A stretch of DNA of 64,000 nt from the NCBI GenBank assembly GCA_963815455.1, contig CAWFGO010000001.1, positions 1,280,001 to 1,344,000 of the forward strand, given 5' to 3'. Below are positions 19,950 to 30,643 of the stretch, piece by piece. Origin of the DNA: an uncultured Verrucomicrobiae bacterium. Lineage in GTDB: Bacteria > Verrucomicrobiota > Verrucomicrobiia > Chthoniobacterales > UBA10450. Position 1 is the first letter of the stretch. Every line of letters begins with the position of its first letter. The position numbers were made by a program, and so were the translations under genes. The notes below the pieces were generated by a model. That model saw only the letters and a program-made list of their open reading frames with translations, searched no databases and was not told the origin of the DNA.

Positions 19950-20382
19950 ACGGCACCGATCGCCAATCCAACTCTCCATCGATAATCTCCAGCCAGGCCA
20001 CGCTCGGCGCGGCGCCGCGACCCGGCCGCGTAACGCAGCCCGGGTTCAAAAACAAAACGTTCCCTCGTCTTTCATTTCGGGGCATGTGCGTATGACCATG
20101 CAAAACAACATCGACATCGTCCGGTGGCCGCTCCGGCGGAATGTGCTGGAGACGAATCTTTTTCCCGCCGCGAACAAAATCGACAACCAGCGGCCACGTG
20201 AAGTTCCAGTCGCAGTTTCCGCGAATTACCGTCATCGACGGCCCGGCCGCACGCAACTCATCCAAAACCCATTCCGCACAAACATCGCCGAGGTGCCAGA
20301 TTTCATCGGCGCCCGTGGCAAGATCGACAATCCTCGACGGCAACTTGTTATGAGTGTCGGCCAGGACGAGTATTTTCGTCAT
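19945..20382 (-). CDS. YfcE-like metallophosphoesterase
   Basis: ADTH; HLGD; RGNCD; HGHTH; NPG; ATG at 20382. Confidence 0.92.
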   Translation of the reverse strand: MTKILVLADTHNKLPSRIVDLATGADEIWHLGDVCAEWVLDELRAAGPSMTVIRGNCDWNFTWPLVVDFVRGGKKIRLQHIPPERPPDDVDVVLHGHTHMPRNERRGNVLFLNPGCVTRPGRGAAPSVAWLEIIDGELDWRSVPL

Positions 20383-20469
20383 TCCGAGCGAAGTCGAGGA
20401 ATCTCGTTGCATAACTGGAAGGTGACTCAACGGGATCCCTCGCCTTCGCTGGGCTACGCTCGGGATGAC
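20378..20469. repeat. GTCATTCCGAGC...GCTCGGGATGAC palindromic repeat
   Basis: Terminal IR; its end contains the start codon of the phosphoesterase. Confidence 0.8.
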
Positions 20470-20535
20470 AGAGCCGTGAAGAACTTAATCGAGCACATCA
20501 ATTGCTTCCAGCAATCCACATTCTAATTTCGCCTC

Positions 20536-21753
20536 GTGTCATTCAATAATTTCGATCTTTCAGCCGAAGTCGTCCGCGGGACGCAGGCGATGGGCTTCAC
20601 CGAGCCGACGCCGATTCAGCTGCGCGCGTTTCCGATTATTCTTGGGGGCCGGGATTTGATCGGGACCGCCCAGACGGGTACGGGAAAGACCGCAGCATTC
20701 GCGCTGCCGATTCTAACTTTGCTGGCCAAGCACGGTGCGTTTCGCTGCCTTGTGCTCGAGCCGACCCGCGAGCTCGCCGCGCAGGTCGAGACGGCGTTTC
20801 GCGATTACGGACGCTTTACCGATCTGCGCGCGTCGGTTGTGCATGGCGGCGTCGGTTACGGCAAACAACGTGAGGAACTCAAACAAGGGGTCGATATTCT
20901 CGTCGCCACACCCGGCCGGCTGCTTGATCTGCTCGAACAGCGGACGATGGATTTGCGCCAGGTAAACGTTCTCGTGCTGGATGAAGTGGATCGGATGCTC
21001 GACATGGGATTTTTGCCCGACGTGCGCCGCATCGTTGAACAAATTTCGACGGATCGACAAACGCTTCTTTTCTCGGCGACTTTGCCACCGGAGATCGAAC
21101 GGCTGGCCGCATGGGTATTGCGCGAGCCTGAAATTGTAGAGATCGGTATCCGGCGTTCGCCCGCCGAGACCGTCACCCACGCGGTTTATCCGGTCGCCGC
21201 GGAGCAAAAGTTCGACCTCCTCATGGCTTTGCTGGAACGGACGAACTTCGACAGCGCCCTGATTTTTTCCCGAACCAAGCACGGAGCCGATCGCATCGCG
21301 CATCAGCTCAAGATTGGAAAACATTCGGTCGCTGTGTTGCATTCCAATCGCACCCAGCGGGAGCGAATCGAAGCGCTGGAAGGATTCAAGAGTGGCAAGT
21401 ACGAGGTGATGGTCGCGACCGACATTGCAGCGCGCGGACTCGATATCGCGGGCGTGAGCCATGTGATCAATTACGACGTGCCCGAGCATCCGGAAGATTA
21501 TGTGCATCGAATCGGCCGGACCGGCCGGGCTCAAAACGTCGGCGACGCATTTACCCTGATGAACGGTCAGGAAGTTGCCGCGCTGCAGGCAATCGAGCGC
21601 TTCATTGGGCGGAAAATTCCGCGTCTAAAGCTCGAGAACTTCCCCTATCTTTACACCGTGCTCTTCGAGCCGGAATCAGCCACCGGCGGCAAACGAGCTA
21701 TCGGCGGCGGCCGCACCCATCGCGGTTATTCCTTCGGGCGCCGGCGGCGCTGA
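20536..21753 (+). CDS. DEAD-box RNA helicase (RhlE-like, DEVD variant)
   Basis: PTPIQ; AQTGTGKT; PTRELA; TPGR; DEVD; SAT; ARGLD; HRIGRTGR. Confidence 0.96.
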   Translation: MSFNNFDLSAEVVRGTQAMGFTEPTPIQLRAFPIILGGRDLIGTAQTGTGKTAAFALPILTLLAKHGAFRCLVLEPTRELAAQVETAFRDYGRFTDLRASVVHGGVGYGKQREELKQGVDILVATPGRLLDLLEQRTMDLRQVNVLVLDEVDRMLDMGFLPDVRRIVEQISTDRQTLLFSATLPPEIERLAAWVLREPEIVEIGIRRSPAETVTHAVYPVAAEQKFDLLMALLERTNFDSALIFSRTKHGADRIAHQLKIGKHSVAVLHSNRTQRERIEALEGFKSGKYEVMVATDIAARGLDIAGVSHVINYDVPEHPEDYVHRIGRTGRAQNVGDAFTLMNGQEVAALQAIERFIGRKIPRLKLENFPYLYTVLFEPESATGGKRAIGGGRTHRGYSFGRRRR

Positions 21754-21773
21754 ATACCCCGAACAACCGGAGA

Positions 21774-22859
21774 CTAGTCGGCAAAGACCGGTTTTGCCCT
21801 GGGCACCGGAGACCGCTGCGCCGCCCGGCCGCGAGCGGCGACCGGTGCGCTTTCGCGCTTCAAATAGAGCGTGCGGTTGCCAAAATCGATAACGCCATGA
21901 TGCCGGTTCAAAATCTCGGCGCCGAGCAACCCGGCAACGGGCGGCGAACCGTTCAGTAACCGGCCGTGAATCAGTCCCTCCAGATCGACCACACCCACAT
22001 CTTTGCCGGCAAAATCGACCGAGCCGACCGACAATTTTCGGATGTGCGCCAATCGCACGCCCCGCTGTTTTAGATTAACCGCGGCGGAGCGGAACGGCGT
22101 TTGGCGCGTCGGGATCTTCATTCGCCTAACAAACGAGCGATGCAATAATGTGGCGAACGAGCCTGTGTCGACCATGAGCTTGGCCTTCGTGCCGTTAATG
22201 GAACCGTTGACATATAGATTGAATCCGTCGCTCACCTGGATCGGCACGGCCTGGAATCCGCGACCATCAAATGCCGGCGCTTTTTCAGCCACGTTCGGAT
22301 CGTTTTTCAGAAAGAGAACGCGCCGCTGACAATCGAGCACCGCGTTAGTTGGAAAAAGAATATCGGCGCCCAAAATCCCATCGATCTCCTGCTCGTCGCC
22401 GCGGCGGGACGACCGGGAGGTATTTCCGAGATCGACCAGAACCACTGGCTCATCCAATAGTTCGAGACTGCCAAGCCGGAACTTGCGCACGATACCTACA
22501 TTGTTGAAGGCACCATTGATTTGGACCTTCGACGGGAGGCTCGGATTGCCGCCAATCCCATTGACGCGAAAATGTGCGCGCCGATTTGCGGCAATCGCGC
22601 TGACCGGCGCGCCGCTATCCACCCCGAGCCAGGCCAGCTTGCCATTAATGTAGGCCCGCACAAGCAGGTGGTTCTGCCGAGAACGCGTCAGCGGCAGGGC
22701 ATCGAACTCTGCTGGGACAGCCCGTCGGGCATCGCGAGCCGACGATCTGGCGTTGACGGAAAACGGCGCGGCCAGCAGCAGGGCCGCAAGAACGACCGAG
22801 AACACCCTCTGCGCCAATAAACGCACCCTTGAAGAAATCACGAGCGCCAAGAATAGCAC
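21774..22859 (-). CDS. Secreted two-domain retropepsin-like aspartyl protease
   Basis: VDSGA...GILGAD and VDTGS...GLLGAE; signal peptide; start uncertain. Confidence 0.85.
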   Translation of the reverse strand: MLFLALVISSRVRLLAQRVFSVVLAALLLAAPFSVNARSSARDARRAVPAEFDALPLTRSRQNHLLVRAYINGKLAWLGVDSGAPVSAIAANRRAHFRVNGIGGNPSLPSKVQINGAFNNVGIVRKFRLGSLELLDEPVVLVDLGNTSRSSRRGDEQEIDGILGADILFPTNAVLDCQRRVLFLKNDPNVAEKAPAFDGRGFQAVPIQVSDGFNLYVNGSINGTKAKLMVDTGSFATLLHRSFVRRMKIPTRQTPFRSAAVNLKQRGVRLAHIRKLSVGSVDFAGKDVGVVDLEGLIHGRLLNGSPPVAGLLGAEILNRHHGVIDFGNRTLYLKRESAPVAARGRAAQRSPVPRAKPVFAD

Positions 22860-22901
22860 AATTGGCCGAACCTGGAAGTTGTTTCGCTAGGCAATCCCGC
22901 C

Positions 22902-23033
22902 TCAGGCGGGTTTGTCGCGATCCGGGGACGAGTCGGCCGGCGGCGCACTGAGCAGCCGGGCATATGCCCAAATAACGGCGCCCCACACCAGCGCAAGCGA
23001 GCAGGACATGAAGAGCCAACCCCACGAGTTCAT
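22902..23033 (-). CDS. 43-aa single-pass membrane protein, putative small subunit of the NSS transporter
   Basis: MNSWGWLFMSCSLALVWGAVIWAYARLLSAPPADSSPDRDKPA*; ATGA overlap with the transporter stop; AGGAG SD. Confidence 0.75.
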   Translation of the reverse strand: MNSWGWLFMSCSLALVWGAVIWAYARLLSAPPADSSPDRDKPA

Positions 23034-24613
23034 GATCGAGATACTCCTTCCCGCGGGAGCTTGCCGTCAATATCCAATCCGGCCGCCCGCCAGCGCCGTT
23101 CTCCCACGAATAGCACCGCTACGAGCAGAACGACGACAAGAATAATGATAATCAGGGTCCCAAGGGCCACGGGGTCCGCACCGGTCTTGGCGAGGGCCGC
23201 ACCCAGATTCTGGTAAGAGAACCCCGCTAGCACGACCAGCAGATAAATCGGCGCCACCCATTTCATGACAAACAAAAAGAACCGCGGAATTTTCATCAGC
23301 GCACCCTGGTCAAGCTCGGCCGCGCCGGGGCCAAGTCCCCATACCCACCCGAAACAAATGATCTGCACCGTCGCGAGAACGAAGATGCAGAACGTGCCAA
23401 CCCAGAAATCCATCGTGTCAAGCGCGACGGTATTTTTGCTAAACCAGATTACCCAGAGCGAGCCGAAGCCGCATATGATCGACACCAGGGCGATCGCTTT
23501 GCCGGAACTCATCGCCAGCGCTTCCTCGAAAAAGGCCTTCACCGGTTGCAACATCGAGATCGAGCTCGTGATCGCGGCCAGAAACAAAAGGAAAAACCAG
23601 GCGAACCCGATCCAGCGGCCTATGAACCCCATTTGCTCGAACACCACTGGCAGCGTTTGAAAACCCAACCCGAAGCCGCCGGTGACACCACTGGCGCCCA
23701 GAAACACAAACGCGGCCGTGATTGTAATCAACCCGCCGAAGCCAACCTCGAAAAGTTCGTTGGTCGTACTGGCAGTGAACGCTGACAACGCGATATCGTC
23801 TTTCTTCTTCAGGTAGGATGCGTAGTTGAGAATCACTCCGAATCCGACCGATAAACTGAAGAAAATTTGTCCCGCCGCCGCGAGCCACGTGTCAAAATCG
23901 CTGAGCTTCGAGAAATCTGGGTTCCAGAGATAGCCGAGGCCGTTAAGAACATTTTGGTCCGGCTGCGCCGGATTCGGCGTTCCCAGTGTGAGCACGCGAA
24001 CAAGAACAATGACCGCCAGCACCGCCATTGCCGGTAGCGCGAATTGGCAAAATTTTTCGATGCCGCCGCGCAGGCCGCGATACACCAACGCGATATTGAT
24101 CACGACCACGATTAGCCAGAATACGGCGCTGATGTGGAATACGCCGTTCGAATTGGTGCCCGTCGTGTCACCAAAGAATTTCCCAGCCGCCTGGACTTGC
24201 TCGGGGATAGAGCCGCTAAGTTGGACGCCGCCGATGAGATAGTCCCAAGCGTATTCCAGGCACCAGGCCTCGATGTAAACATAGTACATGTAGACGACCA
24301 TCGGGATTAAGATCGACAAGACTCCAAAATACCGCGCCACCCGGCCACGGCCGGCCAAGCCAAGAATCGCCGGACCGCTATGGAAACCTTTCTCACCCCC
24401 GTAACGCGCCATCGCCCATTCCGCCCAGCCGATCGGCAGCGCCAGAAAAAGCAAAGCGCAGACATAAGGGATCATGAACGCGCCGCCGCCGTGCGCGGTC
24501 GCCTGGGCGGGAAAGCGCAAAAAATTTCCCAGGCCAACCGCCGAACCGGAAACCGCCAGGATCACGCCGACCCGCGTGCCCCACTCCATCGATTTCTTTT
24601 GGGGACCGTTCAT
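23030..24613 (-). CDS. Sodium-dependent transporter (NSS/SNF family)
   Basis: GSAVGLGNFLRFP; GGGAFMIPY; AAAGQIFFSLSVGFG; AAITSSIS. Confidence 0.95.
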   Translation of the reverse strand: MNGPQKKSMEWGTRVGVILAVSGSAVGLGNFLRFPAQATAHGGGAFMIPYVCALLFLALPIGWAEWAMARYGGEKGFHSGPAILGLAGRGRVARYFGVLSILIPMVVYMYYVYIEAWCLEYAWDYLIGGVQLSGSIPEQVQAAGKFFGDTTGTNSNGVFHISAVFWLIVVVINIALVYRGLRGGIEKFCQFALPAMAVLAVIVLVRVLTLGTPNPAQPDQNVLNGLGYLWNPDFSKLSDFDTWLAAAGQIFFSLSVGFGVILNYASYLKKKDDIALSAFTASTTNELFEVGFGGLITITAAFVFLGASGVTGGFGLGFQTLPVVFEQMGFIGRWIGFAWFFLLFLAAITSSISMLQPVKAFFEEALAMSSGKAIALVSIICGFGSLWVIWFSKNTVALDTMDFWVGTFCIFVLATVQIICFGWVWGLGPGAAELDQGALMKIPRFFLFVMKWVAPIYLLVVLAGFSYQNLGAALAKTGADPVALGTLIIIILVVVLLVAVLFVGERRWRAAGLDIDGKLPREGVSRS

Positions 24614-24771
24614 GCGGAAAGGTTTTTCATGCGCGTTGTGTTTAGCGAGGACGCGTGCGGGTTGGCAAGAACCTTTTGCCGACGCCAGCAAGATTCATTC
24701 GAGCCCGTTTTCAACGAATGTTCCACATCGAGATCGAGAAATGCCCTGCGGCCGACACGGCCGCCTCTGCA

Positions 24772-25551
24772 CTACCAGCTGCTGGGGCTAAACCCGCGTG
24801 ATGGACTGCTCGATCCAAAACCGAGGATCGCTTCGGTGCGTTTGCGCAGCGCGGCTTCCTTCGCTCCTCCCGGGAAGGCGCGCCGCGCCGATTTCATTTC
24901 ATCCGACGAAAGGTTCATGGCGTTCAAGAGTTCCATCTCTTCGGGGCTCAACAGGGCCCGGTCCTCATCGGTCAACGATCGTTTCTGCAAGCGCGAAACG
25001 ATTTCGGTGAGGGCGTCGCCATTGGAAGCCCGGAAGAGATCGATCAGGCGTTGAAAACTCAGATGAATCGGGAGCGTAGCAAGATCGACATTGAGGTTTT
25101 CCGACACCCGATCGGATGGCATCGACACAGGCTCGCAGCTCGCTACGGAATTCCATACCGCCTCGGGTTGGAAATACCCGATTTCGACCCGATACGGGCC
25201 ATGAGTCGGGGAAACCGTGAGATAAGAATTACCCGCCATCGGCTCGGCTGCCGCGCTCGCTTCGTCACCGCCCCCCTCGCGAATCACCCGGAGATGCACT
25301 TGTCGATCCAGCGGCGATGACTTCTGGAAAATCGACGGCCAATCGATCTCCCAGTACGCGAAGATCGTCCGCGGATCGCGGGCGATGGCAAACAAAAGCG
25401 GCGGACCCTGAACATGAGGAAGGCCCAGGGACTCACTGAAATCGCGCATGGCCTCGGCGTCATCGAATGTTGCGATCGGGCCATTGCGAATGCGAAAACC
25501 GTCGCCGGTTTTCGATCTTCGGGCGCGCCGTTGCGAATTTTTGACAGCCAT
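24772..25551 (-). CDS. DUF4912-domain protein
   Basis: LFAIARDPRTIFAYWEI; YRVEIGY; Ser-rich end ...SSW. Confidence 0.8.
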   Translation of the reverse strand: MAVKNSQRRARRSKTGDGFRIRNGPIATFDDAEAMRDFSESLGLPHVQGPPLLFAIARDPRTIFAYWEIDWPSIFQKSSPLDRQVHLRVIREGGGDEASAAAEPMAGNSYLTVSPTHGPYRVEIGYFQPEAVWNSVASCEPVSMPSDRVSENLNVDLATLPIHLSFQRLIDLFRASNGDALTEIVSRLQKRSLTDEDRALLSPEEMELLNAMNLSSDEMKSARRAFPGGAKEAALRKRTEAILGFGSSSPSRGFSPSSW

Positions 25552-25647
25552 ATGATGTAGGGACAACAGACAATCCAAAACTCGAAATGCAAAATTAAAA
25601 ATTTCAGTCTGCTTCGTCGCACGCTACGTTTTTCAAGGAAGCAAAGA

Positions 25648-26133
25648 ATGAGCGCGAAGATCACCGATATCGATGAACTAGCTAAGCGGGCAAGAGAATT
25701 ACGTGCGGCCGGAAAGAAGCTCGTCGTTACCAACGGATGCTTTGATCTCTTGCATGTGGGTCACGTGCGCTATTTGCAGGCGGCACGCGCGCTCGGGGAT
25801 GCTTTGGCGGTGGGCTTGAACGACGACCCTTCTGTTCGCGAGCTAAAGGGGGCTAGTCGTCCGGTGAACAAGGCGCAAGACCGAGCGGAAGTGCTGGCAG
25901 CACTCGCCTGCGTGAATTTTGTAACGATCTTTGCTGGTCCGCGGGCAACGCGATTTATCTCCGCGGCGGAACCTGCGATTTACGTCAAGGGTGGCGATTA
26001 TACCCCCGAAACTCTGAACGCCGAGGAGCGCGCAATGTTGAAAAAAATCGGCGCGGAGATCCGGATTATTCCGTTCGAGAAAGGCTACTCGACGTCGAAG
26101 CTGATTGAACAGTTGGGCAAGATCGACAAGTGA
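25648..26133 (+). CDS. rfaE2: D-glycero-beta-D-manno-heptose 1-phosphate adenylyltransferase
   Basis: TNGCFDLLHVGHVRYL; VKGGDY; YSTS. Confidence 0.9.
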   Translation: MSAKITDIDELAKRARELRAAGKKLVVTNGCFDLLHVGHVRYLQAARALGDALAVGLNDDPSVRELKGASRPVNKAQDRAEVLAALACVNFVTIFAGPRATRFISAAEPAIYVKGGDYTPETLNAEERAMLKKIGAEIRIIPFEKGYSTSKLIEQLGKIDK

Positions 26134-26720
26134 AACCATTGCCAATCGGAATTCTGGGCTCGGGCAAGGGATCCAACTGCCGCGCGATTCTGGAACGGAT
26201 TCGTTCGGGCGATTTGCCGGCCGAAGCGCGCGTGGTGATTTCCGATGTGCTGAACGCGCCGATCCTCGACATCGCCCGGGAATTCTCGATTCCAAATGCA
26301 TATCTCTCACCCGGGGAATTTCGCACCCGGCTCGAGCCGCAAGCCGAGGTCGAACTGGTGAGGATGTTGTGTGACGCCGCTGTCGAGCTGGTGGTCCTCG
26401 CTGGATTCATGCGCGTATTGAAGACGCCAATGCTCGAAGCGTTTCCCCGGCGAATCATAAATATTCATCCATCTCTATTGCCAAAGTTTCCCGGGCTCGA
26501 ATCGTGGAAACAGGCATTGGCCGCCGGGGAAAAAGTGACGGGATGCACAGTTCATCATGTCGATGCTCAAATCGATCACGGCGAGATCCTCGGGCAGCGC
26601 GAGGTGCCGATCTTGCCCAACGATACGCCGGAAAGCCTGCACGCCCGCATCCAAATCGCCGAGCGCGAGCTTTATCCAGCAGTAATCGGCGATCTTTGTC
26701 GCAAATTTTCGGACGACTAG
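26130..26720 (+). CDS. purN: Phosphoribosylglycinamide formyltransferase
   Basis: GSGKGSN; LAGFMR; INIHPSLLPKFPG; TGCTVH. Confidence 0.96.
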   Translation: MKPLPIGILGSGKGSNCRAILERIRSGDLPAEARVVISDVLNAPILDIAREFSIPNAYLSPGEFRTRLEPQAEVELVRMLCDAAVELVVLAGFMRVLKTPMLEAFPRRIINIHPSLLPKFPGLESWKQALAAGEKVTGCTVHHVDAQIDHGEILGQREVPILPNDTPESLHARIQIAERELYPAVIGDLCRKFSDD

Positions 26721-27718
26721 ACCTGCTCGGATTTTTGTTCGCGGTTGAGCAGCTCCTCCAGCGCCGCGGTCGGCTTTTTTCCTTGATAAAGCATGGCGTA
26801 AACCTGATCGATGATCGGCGTGTCGATCTTCAATCGTCGCGCGCATTCATGAGCGCTGCGCGTGGTGGAAATCCCTTCGGCCACCATGTTCATCGATGCC
26901 GTAATTTCGGCGAGGACTTCTCCCCGACCCAGGCGCTTGCCCACGGTGTGATTGCGACTGCTCTCGCTGTAACATGTCACGATTAAATCGCCGGCGCCGC
27001 TCAAACCATAGAATGCAGCGGTGCTACCACCCATTGCCGTTCCAAGCCGGACCAACTCGGTCAACGAGCGCGTCACCAGCGCCGCCTTGGAATTATTTCC
27101 CAGGCCAAGGCCATCGCTGATGCCTGCGGCGAGGGCAAAAACGTTTTTTAGCGCGCCGCCCAGTTCGATGGCGGTGACTTCCTGGCTGGTGTAAATCCGA
27201 AACCGCGAACTACCGAGATAGGCTTGAAGGCCAGTGGCGCAATCCGAATCACGGCAACCGATGACAGTCGCAGTAGGTAGATTCTGGGCGACTTCAGCAG
27301 CAAGATTCGGCCCCGACAAGACGGCAACTTTATGTTCGGGAAAGATTTCGCCGAGAATTTCACTCATTCGCATCCCGCTGCCGTGCTCTATCCCCTTGGT
27401 GCAGCTTAGAAACGTCGGGCGGTCGCTGCCGGCGGCTTCCCGCAAGCGCATTGCGATCTCCCGCAATGCCGTTGAAGGCATAACAAATACGATCAGGTCG
27501 GCGTTGGCGCAGTCGCGCAGGTCGGAGGTGATATGCACCGACTCGGGCAATTTCAGTCCAGGAATGTAATCGCTGTTCTCGCGCATTTTTTGTATCCGCG
27601 CGACGCGATCGGCGTTGTGCCCCCAAAGCGAAATTGATCGCCTGTCTTTTCCCCACAAGGCGGCCAGGGCCGTGCCCCAACTGCCTGCACCCAGAATTGC
27701 GGTTTTGTCGATCTTCAC
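26717..27718 (-). CDS. gpsA: NAD(P)H-dependent glycerol-3-phosphate dehydrogenase
   Basis: GAGSWGTALA; TKGIE; SGPNLA; GGALKNV; SRN. Confidence 0.97.
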   Translation of the reverse strand: MKIDKTAILGAGSWGTALAALWGKDRRSISLWGHNADRVARIQKMRENSDYIPGLKLPESVHITSDLRDCANADLIVFVMPSTALREIAMRLREAAGSDRPTFLSCTKGIEHGSGMRMSEILGEIFPEHKVAVLSGPNLAAEVAQNLPTATVIGCRDSDCATGLQAYLGSSRFRIYTSQEVTAIELGGALKNVFALAAGISDGLGLGNNSKAALVTRSLTELVRLGTAMGGSTAAFYGLSGAGDLIVTCYSESSRNHTVGKRLGRGEVLAEITASMNMVAEGISTTRSAHECARRLKIDTPIIDQVYAMLYQGKKPTAALEELLNREQKSEQV

Positions 27719-28350
27719 TTGCGATCAAAGCGTGGCTCGTTACCGCGAACGAGGCGAGAGAGATTCGATCGATGTCGCAAGATCACCAACGCGGCAAGAC
27801 ATAGCGAGAAGTAGAAAAGCGCGCCGTTGGAGGAATCGATTTGGTCGGTCATAATGACGATGACGATCGGCAGCACAATGGCCGCCGCCATCGATGCGAC
27901 CGAGACATATCGCGTGAGGTAGAAGACTACGATCCAAATCACCGCGCCAATCACGGCGACAAGCGGCATTAATCCGAAAAGCGCGCCGGCCGAAGTCGCG
28001 ACACCCTTTCCGCCTTTGAACTTCAGCCAGATTGGAAACGAATGTCCGATCACGCACGCGACCGCGCCAATGATTCCGAATAACTCGATAGGCGCGGATG
28101 CCGGTTGGGCGAGCCGGCCGATTAGGATTGAGATCGTTACCGCTAGCAAACCTTTCAAAAAATCCACAGCGAATACCGGATAGCCGAATCGTTTGCCCAA
28201 AACACGGGTCACGTTCGTCGCGCCAATATTGCCGCTGCCCGCTGTCCGGATATCGATCCCCGCGATCCGACCCGCCAGATAACCGGCTGGAATCGAGCCG
28301 AGCAGATAACCTCCAATCGCGATAATGACAAAAAAAATCACTGAGAACAT
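27715..28350 (-). CDS. plsY: Glycerol-3-phosphate acyltransferase
   Basis: YLLGSIP; GSGNIGATN; GHSFP..FKGGKGVAT; RHRSN. Confidence 0.97.
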   Translation of the reverse strand: MFSVIFFVIIAIGGYLLGSIPAGYLAGRIAGIDIRTAGSGNIGATNVTRVLGKRFGYPVFAVDFLKGLLAVTISILIGRLAQPASAPIELFGIIGAVACVIGHSFPIWLKFKGGKGVATSAGALFGLMPLVAVIGAVIWIVVFYLTRYVSVASMAAAIVLPIVIVIMTDQIDSSNGALFYFSLCLAALVILRHRSNLSRLVRGNEPRFDRK

Positions 28351-28353
28351 TTG

Positions 28354-30225
28354 TTATCCTACGCCAGTTAAGTTGCTCTTAGTCAACCAGATAGAGATTA
28401 TGGCCAAATCCGCTGGCGTTATCCCGCTGATCCGGGCAGCCTGGCCTAACGACGATGGCCGTATGGCGCTGAGCTTTTGCCTCGTTTCCGAGCGTAACCC
28501 GGCAATTTCTCCGTAATCGAGCTCGGCGGGTATGGGCTGCTCTTTCCGTCGAGCGAGTCGCCGATTCAATTCCGACTGGCGCGATGCATATCCCTCATAT
28601 TTGAAATCAGTTTCGACCAGCTCCCATAATTCCTTGGGTGCAATAGAAACGATCTCGACCGGCAAATCCTTGGTCGTAAAATCCGGTCGTTTGAACAATT
28701 GTGAGATCCGAGCGCCTCCGATTGCGGTTTCGATTGCGATCTTTCTGGCCTCGTCAAGCAAACGTAGCTTTTCCTTGAAACCAGCCCAGCGCTGCTGGCT
28801 AATCAAGCCGGCCTCAAAAGCGCGCTTGGTCAAACGTTGATCGGCGTTGTCCTGCCGAAGGTGCAATCGGTCCTCGGCCCTGCTGGTAAACATTCGATAC
28901 GGTTCTTCAGTTCCTTTGGTGACAACATCGTCAATGAGAACGCCAATGTATGCCTCGCTACGCTCCAACAAAAACGGGGGGCGATCCTGGACATTCAACG
29001 CCGCGTTCGCACCGGCGATCAATCCCTGTGCCGCGGCCTCCTCATATCCCGAGGTTCCATTGACTTGGCCGGCAAAATAAAGGCCGCCGACCAACTTTGT
29101 TTCCAGAGTCGGGAAAAGCTGCGTCGGCGGGAAATAGTCGTATTCCACCGCATATCCCGGGCGCATGATCTCGGCGCGCTCCAAGGCTGGAATCGAGCGC
29201 ACAAACTCCAGCTGAACATCATAGGGCAAACTGGTCGAGATTCCGTTGACGTAATACTCTTCTGTGTGGCGGCCCTCCGGCTCAAGGAAGAGTTGATGGG
29301 ACGTTTTATCGGAGAACTTTACGATCTTATCCTCTATCGAGGGACAATAACGCGGGCCTGTTCCCTTGATCCGGCCTGCGTAGAGCGGGGACCGGTGGAG
29401 ATTAGCCCGGATGATTTCGTGAGTCTCCGGGACCGTGTACGTAATCCAGCAGGGCATTTGTTCCACATGGAACTCGCCCTTTTGATTGAAATTCAGAGTA
29501 AAGAGGCCCTCTGGGCCTTCCGCGACCAGGCCGTCATGGAATGCGAACCGCGGAGGTGGCTCGTCTCCGACTTGGATGTCGCACCGGGAAAAGTCGATCG
29601 ACCGCCCGTTGAGTCGGCATGGAGTGCCGGTCTTGAAACGGCCTATTTCGAAACCCAATCCCCGAAGACTCTCGCTTAGCCCGGAGCTGGAGTCGGCCAT
29701 CCGGCCACCCGATTTACTGTTCTCGCCGACATGCAAAAGCCCCCGCAAGAATGTGCCTGACGTGACGACGACACTGCGCGTAACGATCCGAACTCCAATG
29801 TCCGTTTCCACGCCAACCGCACGTCCATTCTCTACAAGCACCCTTGAAACGGTGGCCTGCTTGACATCCAGGTTCTCGGTCCGCTCAAGAACCGCCTTCA
29901 TCCGGAATTGATATGCCTTCTTGTCGCATTGAACTCGCGGTGCCCGAACCGACGGACCCTTGGTCCGGTTGAGCATCCGAAACTGGATCCCGGTGGCATC
30001 GGCATTAAGTCCCATCGCTCCACCCAGCGCGTCGATTTCACGAACGATATGTCCCTTGGCTAATCCGCCGATAGCCGGATTGCATGACATCTGACCAATC
30101 GTGTCGAGATTTTGCGTCAACATCAACGTTCGGCAGCCAATTCGCGCGGCTGCCAGGGCCGCTTCGATTCCGGCGTGGCCGCTTCCGACCACCACCACGT
30201 CGTATTCTGTCGGCAGCGTGAACAT
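28354..30225 (-). CDS. mnmG: tRNA uridine-5-carboxymethylaminomethyl modification enzyme
   Basis: [48 protein letters not shown]. Confidence 0.98.
   Translation of the reverse strand: MFTLPTEYDVVVVGSGHAGIEAALAAARIGCRTLMLTQNLDTIGQMSCNPAIGGLAKGHIVREIDALGGAMGLNADATGIQFRMLNRTKGPSVRAPRVQCDKKAYQFRMKAVLERTENLDVKQATVSRVLVENGRAVGVETDIGVRIVTRSVVVTSGTFLRGLLHVGENSKSGGRMADSSSGLSESLRGLGFEIGRFKTGTPCRLNGRSIDFSRCDIQVGDEPPPRFAFHDGLVAEGPEGLFTLNFNQKGEFHVEQMPCWITYTVPETHEIIRANLHRSPLYAGRIKGTGPRYCPSIEDKIVKFSDKTSHQLFLEPEGRHTEEYYVNGISTSLPYDVQLEFVRSIPALERAEIMRPGYAVEYDYFPPTQLFPTLETKLVGGLYFAGQVNGTSGYEEAAAQGLIAGANAALNVQDRPPFLLERSEAYIGVLIDDVVTKGTEEPYRMFTSRAEDRLHLRQDNADQRLTKRAFEAGLISQQRWAGFKEKLRLLDEARKIAIETAIGGARISQLFKRPDFTTKDLPVEIVSIAPKELWELVETDFKYEGYASRQSELNRRLARRKEQPIPAELDYGEIAGLRSETRQKLSAIRPSSLGQAARISGITPADLAIISIWLTKSNLTGVG
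29459..29474. promoter_or_regulatory. parS-like site inside mnmG
   Basis: TGTTCCACATGGAACT, 14/16 match to the palindrome TGTTCCACGTGGAACA; translated as FHVEQ. Confidence 0.6.
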
Positions 30226-30226
30226 C

Positions 30227-30622
30227 CTAGCCCGCTCCCAAAATCAGTCGATTGGCGTGCGGCAGCAGATCGGAAAGCAATGTGGTTTCGGTGCGCCCAT
30301 CCATTGTCGATGCAATTACTTCGAGATCGGGATTAAACTCCGCCAGCACTTGTCGGCAAGCCCCGCATGGGAATACCGGTTCTCCAAAATCGGTGACCAC
30401 CGCCACCGCCACAAATTCCCTCTCCCCGTCCCCGACGGCCGAAGCCAGGGCGGTGCGCTCCGCGCAAATGGTTAGGCCGAGCGAGGCATTTTCGATGTTG
30501 CAGCCGGTAAAGACCTTGCCCGACTTGGTTAACAACGCCGCGCCTACGGCAAATTTGGAATACGGAGCGTAAGCCCGTTCCCGCGCCTTTGTGGCCGTCT
30601 CGACCAGCTGTTTGTGTTCCAT
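30227..30622 (-). CDS. cdd: Cytidine deaminase
   Basis: [29 protein letters not shown]. Confidence 0.96.
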   Translation of the reverse strand: MEHKQLVETATKARERAYAPYSKFAVGAALLTKSGKVFTGCNIENASLGLTICAERTALASAVGDGEREFVAVAVVTDFGEPVFPCGACRQVLAEFNPDLEVIASTMDGRTETTLLSDLLPHANRLILGAG

Positions 30623-30643
30623 AAGCTACTCGTGTTATGTATG

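Noticed and set aside
19660..20526. 288-aa plus-strand ORF
   Set aside because: Overlaps rplQ out of frame, the phosphoesterase antisense and two repeats; no protein signature.
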